Origin: Nitrososphaerota archaeon
GTDB taxonomy: Archaea > Thermoproteota > Nitrososphaeria_A > Caldarchaeales > JAVZCJ01
NCBI GenBank assembly: GCA_038874475.1
Contig: JAVZCJ010000004.1
Coordinates: 1-24,000, forward strand
Direction: 5' to 3'
DNA length: 24,000 bases
A program made the translations under genes and the position numbers. The notes below the pieces were generated by a model. The model did no database searches, was not told where the DNA came from, and saw only the letters and a program-made list of their open reading frames with translations. Position 1 is the first letter of the stretch. The number at the start of each line of letters is the position of its first letter. Shown piece by piece: positions 1 through 7,472 of the stretch.

Positions 1-776
1 GAAACAAGCTTAGAAGTTTCATATATTAAATTTGTTTTTATATTTGTTTTATATCCATATAAAATTTCTAAATTTGCTACAATTTCTTCTAATGCTGCAT
101 TTCCAGCTCTTTCACCTAATCCATTTATTGTTACATGAATTTGAGTTGCTCCTGCTTCTATCCCAGCTAAAGAATTTGCAACAGCCATTCCAAAATCATT
201 ATGGCAATGAACACTAATGGGTTTATTTACAACTTTCTTTAATTCTAGTATTAACTCATAGAATTTCTTTGGTGTCATTATCCCAACAGTATCTGGTACA
301 TTTATTCTATCTACTCCTGCTTTACAAACATTTTCATAAAATTTTTTTAAGAAATCTATGTCCGTTCTTGTTGCATCTTCAGCTGAAAATTCTATAGTCA
401 ATCCATGTGCTTTAGAATAATCTATTGCTTCAATAGCCTTTTCTAAAACTTGTTCTCTAGTCATTTCTAATTTATACTTAAGATGAATATCTGAAGTAGC
501 TATAAATAAATGAATGCTTTTAATATTACAATCTATAACACTATCGATATCACTTTTTGTCGTTCTAGATAAAGCACATATTTCTGCTTTTAGATTTTCA
601 TTAGCTATAAGCTTAATAGCTTCAATTTCTCCTTTAGAAGTTGCTGGAAAGCCTGCTTCTATAACATCTACGCCTAATTTATCCAATTGCTTAGCAATTA
701 TTAATTTTTCTTCAGGAGTTAGAGATACTCCTGGAGTTTGTTCTCCATCTCTTAATGTAGTATCAAATATTCTAAT
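1..776 (-). CDS. 2-isopropylmalate / citramalate / homocitrate synthase family protein (LeuA/CimA/AksA type), N-terminal portion; the 3' end runs off the window
   Basis: My own minus-strand translation reads QIRIFDTTLRDGEQTPGVSLTPEEKLIIAKQLDKLGVDVIEAGFP...SVHCHNDFGMAVANSLAGIEAGA...INGLGERAGNAALEE, the HMGL-like DRE-TIM signature of this family. It is absent from the ORF track because it runs off the edge. The plus-strand ORFs 32..217 and 514..780 are its antisense shadows. The start is uncertain: no ATG, GTG or TTG lies in frame after the TAA at 807..809. End 776 assumes the ATT codon just before RIFDTT. Confidence 0.85.
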   Translation of the reverse strand, partial: MRIFDTTLRDGEQTPGVSLTPEEKLIIAKQLDKLGVDVIEAGFPATSKGEIEAIKLIANENLKAEICALSRTTKSDIDSVIDCNIKSIHLFIATSDIHLKYKLEMTREQVLEKAIEAIDYSKAHGLTIEFSAEDATRTDIDFLKKFYENVCKAGVDRINVPDTVGIMTPKKFYELILELKKVVNKPISVHCHNDFGMAVANSLAGIEAGATQIHVTINGLGERAGNAALEEIVANLEILYGYKTNIKTNLIYETSKLV

Positions 777-858
777 TTGAGGAAAAGAGACACCCCCGAA
801 AGTTTTTTATATTTTATCATGTAAAATATTTAAATTTTTCTATAATATTTATATAAAG

Positions 859-1881
859 TTAAAATTCTTTAATAAAAGAAGCTATTTTTAAACCCATTTC
901 TTTTGTTGAAAGTTTTCCTCCTAGATCTTTTGTAGTATAACCTTTTTCAAAAGCTAAAATTAATGCTTTTTCAATAATTTTCGCTGCATCTAGACATTTT
1001 TTATCTCCATATTTTTCATGAAGCCATTCTAACATCATTTTTGATGATAAAATTGTTGAGCTTGGATTAGCTATATTTTTTCCAGCTATATCAAATGCTG
1101 CTCCATGAACAGGCTCAAATAAAGCTTTATCGTAACCTATATTAGCTGAAGGTGCTAAACCTAACCCTCCAACTGTTTGAGCGGCTTCATCACTTAGAAT
1201 ATCTCCAAACATGTTTGTTGTAACTATTACATCAAACTTCTCTGGAGAACGAATAAGCTCCATGGCTGCTGCATCAACATACATTTCTTCGTATTTAATA
1301 TTTGGATATTGTTTAGATGCCTCTCTACAAGCTTCGGCAAATAAACCGCATGTAGCTTTTAAAACATTCGATTTATGAACTGCTGTTACTTTCAGCTTCC
1401 TTTTGGAAGCTTCTTTAAAAGCATATTGTGCTATACGCAAAGATGCCTTTTTGGTTATTATTCTCATACCTATTGCTACTTCTTCACTTATTCTATATTC
1501 AAAACCTTTATAAAGACACTCAGTATTTTCTCTAACTATAAGTAAATCTATGTTAGGTTTAAGAGATGGAATATTTGGATAAGATTTTGCAGGTCTTAAA
1601 TTAGCATATAAATTTAAGAGCTGCCTAAGCTTAACTATAACTTCTGCAGCTGTTTCTCCTACTGGGCCTTTAAGAGTAGCATCAGCTTTTTCGATAGCTT
1701 TGATAGTTTCTTCAGGTAAGGCAATTCCATATTTTTTAAAACAATTATCTCCAGCTTCTAAGAAAGAATACTTAAATTTTAAATTTAATTTTTCTTGAAT
1801 AGCATCTAAAACTATTAAAGTTGCTTCAATTTGCTCAGGTCCTATACCATCTCCAGGTATTATTGCTATATCATAAACCAT
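859..1881 (-). CDS. leuB: 3-isopropylmalate dehydrogenase (beta-decarboxylating dehydrogenase family; homoisocitrate/isocitrate specificity not excluded)
   Basis: 340 aa. The N-terminus is IAIIPGDGIGPE, and NLRP, LIVRENTECLY and TTNMFGDILSDEAA motifs are typical of the IPMDH/IDH family. Its start overlaps the leuD stop (TAATG at 1881). Confidence 0.85.
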   Translation of the reverse strand: MVYDIAIIPGDGIGPEQIEATLIVLDAIQEKLNLKFKYSFLEAGDNCFKKYGIALPEETIKAIEKADATLKGPVGETAAEVIVKLRQLLNLYANLRPAKSYPNIPSLKPNIDLLIVRENTECLYKGFEYRISEEVAIGMRIITKKASLRIAQYAFKEASKRKLKVTAVHKSNVLKATCGLFAEACREASKQYPNIKYEEMYVDAAAMELIRSPEKFDVIVTTNMFGDILSDEAAQTVGGLGLAPSANIGYDKALFEPVHGAAFDIAGKNIANPSSTILSSKMMLEWLHEKYGDKKCLDAAKIIEKALILAFEKGYTTKDLGGKLSTKEMGLKIASFIKEF

Positions 1882-2375
1882 TATAACTTACCTTTATTTT
1901 TTATATGATTTATTAATCCATCATCTTTAATTATTTCAATGATTATTTCTGGTAAAGGTTTAATTTGATATTCTTCTTTTTTACTTTCATTTAAAATTAA
2001 TCCTTTAGACAAATCTATTGTTATATCATCGTCATTATTTATTTTTTCCAAAGCTTTAGGGAGTTCTAATACTGGTAAACCAATATTTATAGCATTCCTA
2101 TAGAATATTCTTGCAAAACCCTCAGCAATAATACATTTTACTCCAGAAAATTTTAAAGCTAAAGCTGCTTCTTCTCTGCTTGAACCACATCCAAAGTTTT
2201 TTCCAGCTATTAAAATACCTTTTTTAGAAATTTTTTCTGGAAATTCTTTATCTATGCCTTCCATTGCATGTTTCCCCAACTCATTTGGATCTGTTATTCC
2301 AAGATATTTTCCTGGGAGAATAACATCCGTATCTATGTTATCTCCATATTTTATAGCTTTACCTTTAAAGATCAT
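1881..2375 (-). CDS. leuD: 3-isopropylmalate dehydratase small subunit (aconitase swivel domain)
   Basis: 164 aa with GDNIDTDVILPGKYL and GKNFGCGSSREEAA motifs of archaeal LeuD/HacB small subunits. It is translationally coupled to leuB. Confidence 0.85.
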   Translation of the reverse strand: MIFKGKAIKYGDNIDTDVILPGKYLGITDPNELGKHAMEGIDKEFPEKISKKGILIAGKNFGCGSSREEAALALKFSGVKCIIAEGFARIFYRNAINIGLPVLELPKALEKINNDDDITIDLSKGLILNESKKEEYQIKPLPEIIIEIIKDDGLINHIKNKGKL

Positions 2376-2466
2376 TCTGTACGCCCTCCATTAGCTCTTA
2401 ATACATATTTTTTATTCTATATAGGTTTTCATTAATTTTTATAAAATATTTAAATCATAAATAGTA

Positions 2467-2808
2467 TCATTTATGTGTATATGGTATGAGGCAGAGAAGC
2501 TTTACTATTCTCTTACCTGTATTTCTGAATTGATGTTTTTCTCCAGGAGGTATAAAGACAACATCTCCTTCCTTAAATTTTTTCTCTTTATCTCCACCAA
2601 TTACCATTCCTTCTCCCTCTAGAATGAATACTTCATGTTCCCAAGGATGCTCATGGAGAGGAGTGTAACCTCCTGACTCTATCTCAAATAACCTCATAGC
2701 AAAATTTTCAGCTCCTATCTCTTTAGTAATTAGCCATCTTACTTTTACCTTTAATGCTCCTTCCTCAGCTTCTATTGCCTTGACACTTTGATAAGGAAAT
2801 ACTTGCAT
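2467..2808 (-). CDS. Cupin-2 domain protein (small single-domain metal-binding cupin)
   Basis: Both cupin motifs are present: GGYTPLHEHPWEHEVFILEG and GDVVFIPPGEKHQFRN. I prefer the ATG at 2808 (MQVFPYQ...) over the track start at 2838, because a GGTG Shine-Dalgarno motif lies about 8 nt upstream of 2808. Confidence 0.75.
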   Translation of the reverse strand: MQVFPYQSVKAIEAEEGALKVKVRWLITKEIGAENFAMRLFEIESGGYTPLHEHPWEHEVFILEGEGMVIGGDKEKKFKEGDVVFIPPGEKHQFRNTGKRIVKLLCLIPYTHK

Positions 2809-3037
2809 TATCTCACACCTTCTTTTCTTAAATAACACATGACTTAGAACTCTTCTATCAAAAACTCTTATTTAAACCTTTTAATAATTTATCTTTGAAC
2901 TAAAGTTCTAAGTTCTTGTCGATTTTTTCTGAAAGAAATAGCCTTTTTAATATAAGCACAGAATTTCTAATTATAGGATAAAAACATGGTTTTAAAATAT
3001 ACAGCCATAAGGATTGAATGGTATTGAAGAAGTTAAT

Positions 3038-4303
3038 TTAAAACAAGTATCTCCTAGGATCCGTTATTCTTCCAGTTATTGCAGATGCTATAACAGTAGC
3101 TGGAGATGCTAAATAAACTTTAGCTTTCGTACTTCCCATTCTTCCTATAAAGTTTCTATTAATAGACGCTATACAAGTTTCTTCATCAGCCAATATTCCC
3201 ATATGCGTTCCTATACAAGCTCCACATGTTGGATTACAAACCAATGCCCCGGCTTTTATGAAGATATCTATTAAACCTTCTTTTAAAGCATTTAAATAAA
3301 TTTCTTGAGAAGCTGGCACAATTATTGTTCTTACATTTTCATTAATTTTTCTATTTTTAACAATTTTTGCAACTAATCTTAAATCTTCTAATCTACCATT
3401 TGTGCATGAACCAATATAAGCTTGATCTATTTCTATTCCTTCTACTTCACTTATAGGTTTAACATTATCAACAGAGCTAGGACAAGCAACTTGAGGTTCA
3501 AGTTTTGAAACATTAAAATCAATTATTTCAGAAAATTCAGCATTAGGATCGCTTTTACAATTCAAATCAATTAATATGTTCTTTTCTTTAAAGTATTGTT
3601 CTGTAATTTTATCTGGCTCAACTATTCCTGTTTTAGCACCCATTTCAACAGCCATATTGCACATAGCCATTCTGCTATCTATTGTCATATTTTCTACTGC
3701 TTCCCCACTAAATATTACAGCCTTATAAACCGCTCCATCAACACTTAATTTGCCTATGATATACAAAATAACATCCTTAGAAGTTATTGGCTCTTTAATT
3801 TTTCCATTTATATTGATTTTCATTGTTTCAGGTACTTTAAGCCATGTTTCTCCTGTTAAAAGTATTGCTGCTACATCTGTAGCTCCCATACCTGTAGCAA
3901 ATGATCCTACAGCTCCATAAGTGCATGTATGAGAATCTGCACCTATTATAAGTTCTCCTGGTATAGCATGCCCTTTCTCAACCATTATTTGATGGCAAAT
4001 TCCTCCTCTGCCTATATCATAAAAATTTTTTATTCCTTGTTCAAAAACAAATTCTCTAATATTTTTCTGATTAAGTGCAGCTCTTTCATTATTTGCTGGA
4101 ACAAGATGATCAAATATAACAATTATTCTTTCAGGATCCCAAACTTTTTTTCCATTCATTTCTTTAAAGCTTTTTAAAGTTAAAGGACCTGTTAAATCAT
4201 GAAACATTACTTTATCTACTTTAGCTTTAATTATTTCACCAGCTTCAACTTTTTCTTTTCCAGCTGCTTTAGATAATATTTTTTCTACAATATTTGAATA
4301 CAT
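3038..4303 (-). CDS. leuC: 3-isopropylmalate dehydratase large subunit (aconitase-family Fe-S dehydratase)
   Basis: 421 aa with GADSHTCTYGA, YIGSCTNGR and NPTCGACIG, which carry the three Fe-S cluster cysteines. The length fits the archaeal-type LeuC/HacA large subunit. Confidence 0.88.
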   Translation of the reverse strand: MYSNIVEKILSKAAGKEKVEAGEIIKAKVDKVMFHDLTGPLTLKSFKEMNGKKVWDPERIIVIFDHLVPANNERAALNQKNIREFVFEQGIKNFYDIGRGGICHQIMVEKGHAIPGELIIGADSHTCTYGAVGSFATGMGATDVAAILLTGETWLKVPETMKININGKIKEPITSKDVILYIIGKLSVDGAVYKAVIFSGEAVENMTIDSRMAMCNMAVEMGAKTGIVEPDKITEQYFKEKNILIDLNCKSDPNAEFSEIIDFNVSKLEPQVACPSSVDNVKPISEVEGIEIDQAYIGSCTNGRLEDLRLVAKIVKNRKINENVRTIIVPASQEIYLNALKEGLIDIFIKAGALVCNPTCGACIGTHMGILADEETCIASINRNFIGRMGSTKAKVYLASPATVIASAITGRITDPRRYLF

Positions 4304-4441
4304 TGCAAATTTCCCTATGGATTATCTGGCTAAATTTTTTAACTAATTATAAAAACCTTTCTAAATAAATTTTTCCCTTTTTTATTTAAACTAAAATTTT
4401 TCAATAGTAAAAATGATTAAAAGAATGAAGAAGATTTAAAA

Positions 4442-5269
4442 TTATTTTTTAGTTTTATTAATTGGAATAAAGTTTAATAATATGCCACTAAAAGTCATGG
4501 AAAAACCACAAACAATGAACATATTTTTTATTAAATCTATTGTTAATGAAGCTACTTCAGGTTTGTATCTAATCGTTAATCCATTATAGATTATATTTAC
4601 TAAAGGTGTAAAATAGAGTGATAAACCTAAAAGAAGCATTATTATTCCAGGTAAAAGTATAGATAATATGAAAAATTTTGCTGGGAATTCTCGACTTAAG
4701 CTTGCATTTCTTACATCTATTGGAGTAATGTTTGGTAAAGCTATTGCTGAAATTTTTATCAAAAATGGCGTTAAAAGAAGCATAAATGGAAGCATTGTTA
4801 CAAACCACCAAATTATTAAAGAAATTGAGAGAAGAACTATGCCATTTATTGAAAGATTTAATCCAAATAGAAAGTTTATTGTTGGAACATATAGAAAAGC
4901 CACAATAGAATTTGCAATTATAAGTACGAAAATAGATGAAGAAATGAATCTTTTCCAATTGAATTTTCCTTTAAGAAGCCATCCATATAAATAGAAGCCG
5001 ATGAAATTTCCAGGAACAGCAGCTACTAAACTTGGTATATAAAGAGTGCCATGCTTTAATGAATCGCATAGAAATGTTCCTATTGCAGCTCCAAGTCCAG
5101 CCGGTATTGGGCCAAATATTATTGCAAAAAATGCGGGTATAATAATCGCAGGTCTAAATTGTCCATAGCCCCAAGGAGATGAAATATATGCTGTTAAATA
5201 AGATCCACTAGCATATAATGCGGCGCAAAAAGCAGTTGCAGATATTATTAGTGATTTTGATTTGACCAT
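4442..5269 (-). CDS. Polytopic membrane protein; the N-terminal half resembles an ECF-transporter S component or QueT-like substrate-capture protein
   Basis: 275 aa and highly hydrophobic, with about 7-8 predicted TM helices. The Gly/Pro-rich segment FRPAIIIPAFFAIIFGPIPAGLGAAIGTFLCD resembles ECF S components. No ECF A or T genes are nearby. The family assignment is tentative. Confidence 0.35.
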   Translation of the reverse strand: MVKSKSLIISATAFCAALYASGSYLTAYISSPWGYGQFRPAIIIPAFFAIIFGPIPAGLGAAIGTFLCDSLKHGTLYIPSLVAAVPGNFIGFYLYGWLLKGKFNWKRFISSSIFVLIIANSIVAFLYVPTINFLFGLNLSINGIVLLSISLIIWWFVTMLPFMLLLTPFLIKISAIALPNITPIDVRNASLSREFPAKFFILSILLPGIIMLLLGLSLYFTPLVNIIYNGLTIRYKPEVASLTIDLIKNMFIVCGFSMTFSGILLNFIPINKTKK

Positions 5270-5526
5270 ATTATTTTCTTTGATTATGAAATAAGCATTA
5301 AAATTTAAGTATTTTCTACATAATCTATAGAAAATATATACTTGTTTTAAGCTTAACTACTAGTGTTACTAAATGCCAAAAATAATTAATAAACACAATA
5401 ATTATTGCAAAATTGTTTAAAAAATAAAATTATTAAGTATGTTTTTAATAAAGTTAAAGTAAAAATATTCTATAATTAATAAAAAGAAAAAGGTAGAAGA
5501 ATATTGAACGATCATATTGCAATTTT

Positions 5527-6384
5527 TTATTTCTTCTTTACTATTAAAAATGGAAGACTCAACGCCAGTAATATTGCTACCAATAAAGTTAGGAAATATG
5601 ATGCCCAATTTCCTTCTTGTGGCACTATTGGTTCTTTAGGCATAGCAATAGAAATTGTGTAAGGTATTATTTCTGTTTTTATTTCTATTCTTGGCGTAGT
5701 CATGGTTGTTGTTCCTGTTATTGTTTCGGTAATCTTTTCTTCTTCAATTTTTGGAATTGTTATCGTTGAATATTCGTATTCTGTAATATATCGTGGATAT
5801 TTCAAAGCTACTGTTCTATATTTCGTTAAATATTTTGTTATTGTTGTAGGATTTTCAATCGTATGAATTATAGTTTTAGTTCCAGATACAATATCTGTTG
5901 AATATTCTGTTAATGTAGTAACTCCTGTTATTGTTTCAGTAGAAGTTGAAGTCTCAGTATTTGTTAGAACTTTAATTGTAGTTGTTAATTCTATTTCGGT
6001 TATTGTGGTAGAGATTCTTTCGGTTTTTATTTCTTCTTGAGTGGTTGTAGTAGTAATAGTTTGAATTTCTGTTGTGGTTGTTGCTATTGTTATTGTTGAA
6101 TTTGCAGTAATGGTTGGGGTGATTGTTGCTATTTCAGTCGTAATTTCGATTATAGTTGTTGTAGGTGTTGCCGTTGTAGTTTCAGTAATAGTAGGAGGTT
6201 TAAAAACAATAACAGTTTCATGCCAAGGTGGTTCTATTGTTGTCTCAAAAGTTATAGTTGTTGTAGGTTTTGATGGTGGAGCATTTACTCCTACAATAAA
6301 ATTTGAAAGTAGAGTATGACTGATTAATACTGAAATTAATATTATAATTAATGTATTTATTGCAGTTTTCCTATTTTTATTCAT
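5527..6384 (-). CDS. Thr/Ile/Glu-rich secreted, C-terminally membrane-anchored surface protein (probable glycoprotein)
   Basis: It has an N-terminal signal/TM segment (TAINTLIIILISVLISHTLL...VNA-PP), a long low-complexity T/I/E body with recurring ETITG(T/V)TT motifs, and a C-terminal TM plus basic tail (WASYFLTLLVAILLALSLPFLIVKKK). I prefer the ATG at 6384 (MNKNRK...) because AGGTGA lies about 10 nt upstream. The track start is 6447. Confidence 0.6.
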   Translation of the reverse strand: MNKNRKTAINTLIIILISVLISHTLLSNFIVGVNAPPSKPTTTITFETTIEPPWHETVIVFKPPTITETTTATPTTTIIEITTEIATITPTITANSTITIATTTTEIQTITTTTTQEEIKTERISTTITEIELTTTIKVLTNTETSTSTETITGVTTLTEYSTDIVSGTKTIIHTIENPTTITKYLTKYRTVALKYPRYITEYEYSTITIPKIEEEKITETITGTTTMTTPRIEIKTEIIPYTISIAMPKEPIVPQEGNWASYFLTLLVAILLALSLPFLIVKKK

Positions 6385-7056
6385 TTTTCTTTTTTCACCT
6401 CTAAACTTCCCCATGCTATTCAAACATGAGTTTAAAATTTTCCTCAAAAAGTACCTTGCTTTTTTATTGTTACAAAAAGGTACTTTTTTTATAAAATTGC
6501 GGCTAGGTTACACCTCTAATATCACTTCATTAATTGTTAAATCATACCATTTGAACCCATATATATACTTTTGTGTTTTGTTGGTGATTTGTTGATGACA
6601 CACATGTACATTATAGAAGTGATTTGGGAAAACTATAGAAATCTTATTAAAAGATGATATTATTTCTCGAATGTATTTTAAAAGTATATCCTAAAATATG
6701 AAAATCTTCTTTATGATACATTAAATAAAAATTTATTTTTTATATTTCATTTTTTTAGCAATTTTTAATGAAGAAAAATATTAAAGCAACATCGGGGACT
6801 TTTTTCTTTTAATTTATTTTTCAATTTCCTTGATTATGAATAATATTTTTAAAGAATTTGTTAATAATATTATTGGTATTCATTTCTATTTTAGTATTTA
6901 CAACACTAAATTGCGCTAAAAATCCTTTTTTCCTAGTTTTTTATACTTTTTTCATAATGTCAACTTTTTTGTATTTAAAAGCTTTAATTTCTTTGGTTAT
7001 TTTGCTTAATTTTAGTAAAAATACTCTTAATTGAATTTTTTTATTAAAAAATATTG

Positions 7057-7071
7057 AAAAATATATATTTT
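7057..7071 (+). promoter_or_regulatory. Candidate archaeal TATA box/BRE for the tRNA-His gene
   Basis: AAAAATATATATTTT is centred about 30 nt upstream of the tRNA 5' end at 7094 and is preceded by a purine-rich stretch. AT-rich background makes chance TATA-like strings common. Confidence 0.35.
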
Positions 7072-7093
7072 CCCAAAAATAAATAAGCAATGA

Positions 7094-7222
7094 GGCCTAG
7101 GTGAGGTAGAAAAGATATATATTACCGATTCTGGTAGCCTGAGGGCCTGTGGAGCCCTTCGCTGGGGTTCAAAAATTGTGGGGGATATGTCCCTCACAAT
7201 TGAACATATCCCCACCTAGGCC
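7094..7222 (+). tRNA. tRNA-His (anticodon GUG) with encoded G-1 and two apparent non-canonical insertions/introns, one in the D-loop and one in the T-loop
   Basis: Hand-folded. G-1 (7094) pairs with C73 (7222). The 7-bp acceptor stem is 7095-7101/7215-7221, all Watson-Crick. U8 and G9 are present. D stem AGGT/GCCT is 7104-7107/7137-7140. Anticodon stem AGGGC/GCCCT is 7142-7146/7154-7158 with loop CUGUGGA. T stem TGGGG/CCCCA is 7163-7167/7210-7214. The D-loop region is 29 nt where about 9-11 is expected. The T-loop region is 42 nt where 7 is expected: TTCAAA + 35 nt + T. This is a GC-rich island in AT-rich DNA. Confidence 0.75.
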
Positions 7223-7235
7223 CTTAATTAAGAGG

Positions 7236-7243
7236 CTCTTTTT
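7236..7243 (+). terminator. Oligo-T tract downstream of tRNA-His
   Basis: CTCTTTTT lies 14 nt after the discriminator base. Archaeal transcription commonly terminates at oligo-T tracts. Confidence 0.3.
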
Positions 7244-7397
7244 AAAAAAATTTACATATGAAACAATATTTTTTCTTTTATAAAATTAAGGAATAAACCA
7301 TACCAAAAATATCCTATACTATTCTTTAAGAAAAAAGTTTTAAGTAAAACATTTCTTACAAATTGTCATTCTTTTTTTTAAAAAAAGAACCTTTAAG

Positions 7398-7472
7398 CGG
7401 GCCCGGCGGGACTTGAACCCGCGACTTGCGGCTCCGCAGGCCGCTGCCCTATCCATTCTAGGCCACGGGCCC
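7398..7472 (-). tRNA. tRNA-Arg (anticodon GCG), intron-less, 75 nt, no encoded CCA
   Basis: The reverse complement folds cleanly: GGGCCCG UG GCCU AGAAUGGAUA GGGC A GCGGC CUGCGGA GCCGC AAGUC GCGGG UUCAAGU CCCGC CGGGCCC G. Confidence 0.93.

Noticed and set aside
32-780. Plus-strand ORFs 32..217 and 514..780
   Set aside because: They are low-complexity, Leu/Phe/Ile-rich antisense shadows of the clearly conserved minus-strand LeuA/CimA-family gene.
2841-2915. Imperfect inverted repeat GACTTAGAACT / AGTTCTAAGTT plus tandem AGTTCT in the leuC-cupin spacer
   Set aside because: It is short, imperfect (10 of 11) and has a spacer of about 50 nt. It is plausible as an intercistronic hairpin or operator, but the evidence is too weak to call as a feature. 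It is mentioned under the cupin finding.
859-4303. Calling the cluster coenzyme-B (AksA/D/E/F) or lysine (AAA pathway) biosynthesis rather than leucine
   Set aside because: It cannot be decided by eye. The leu symbols are kept as the default family names, and the ambiguity is flagged in the cupin finding.
3929-4994. ORFs 3929..4177(+), 4584..4958(-) and 4668..4994(+)
   Set aside because: They overlap leuC or the membrane-protein gene in other frames or strands. They have biased composition and no recognisable motifs, as expected for chance open frames in AT-rich DNA.
5417-6595. ORFs 5417..5608(-), 6074..6319(+) and 6413..6595(+)
   Set aside because: The first and third are AT-rich spacer translations. 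The second is the Val/Ile-rich antisense reading of the Thr-rich gene (ACN codons read as NGT).
6588-6660. Possible C/D-box sRNA (TTGATGA at about 6591 and AGATGAT at about 6652)
   Set aside because: No CUGA D or D' boxes lie at the required spacing, and there is no terminal stem. It does not meet the C/D architecture.
7027-7215. 62-aa minus-strand ORF
   Set aside because: It lies antisense across the GC-rich tRNA-His fold. The open frame is a by-product of the tRNA sequence and has no Shine-Dalgarno motif.
7371-7385. T8A7 palindrome between the convergent tRNA-His and tRNA-Arg genes
   Set aside because: It is a low-complexity A/T run. It may act as an oligo-T terminator in both directions, but it cannot be distinguished from background composition.
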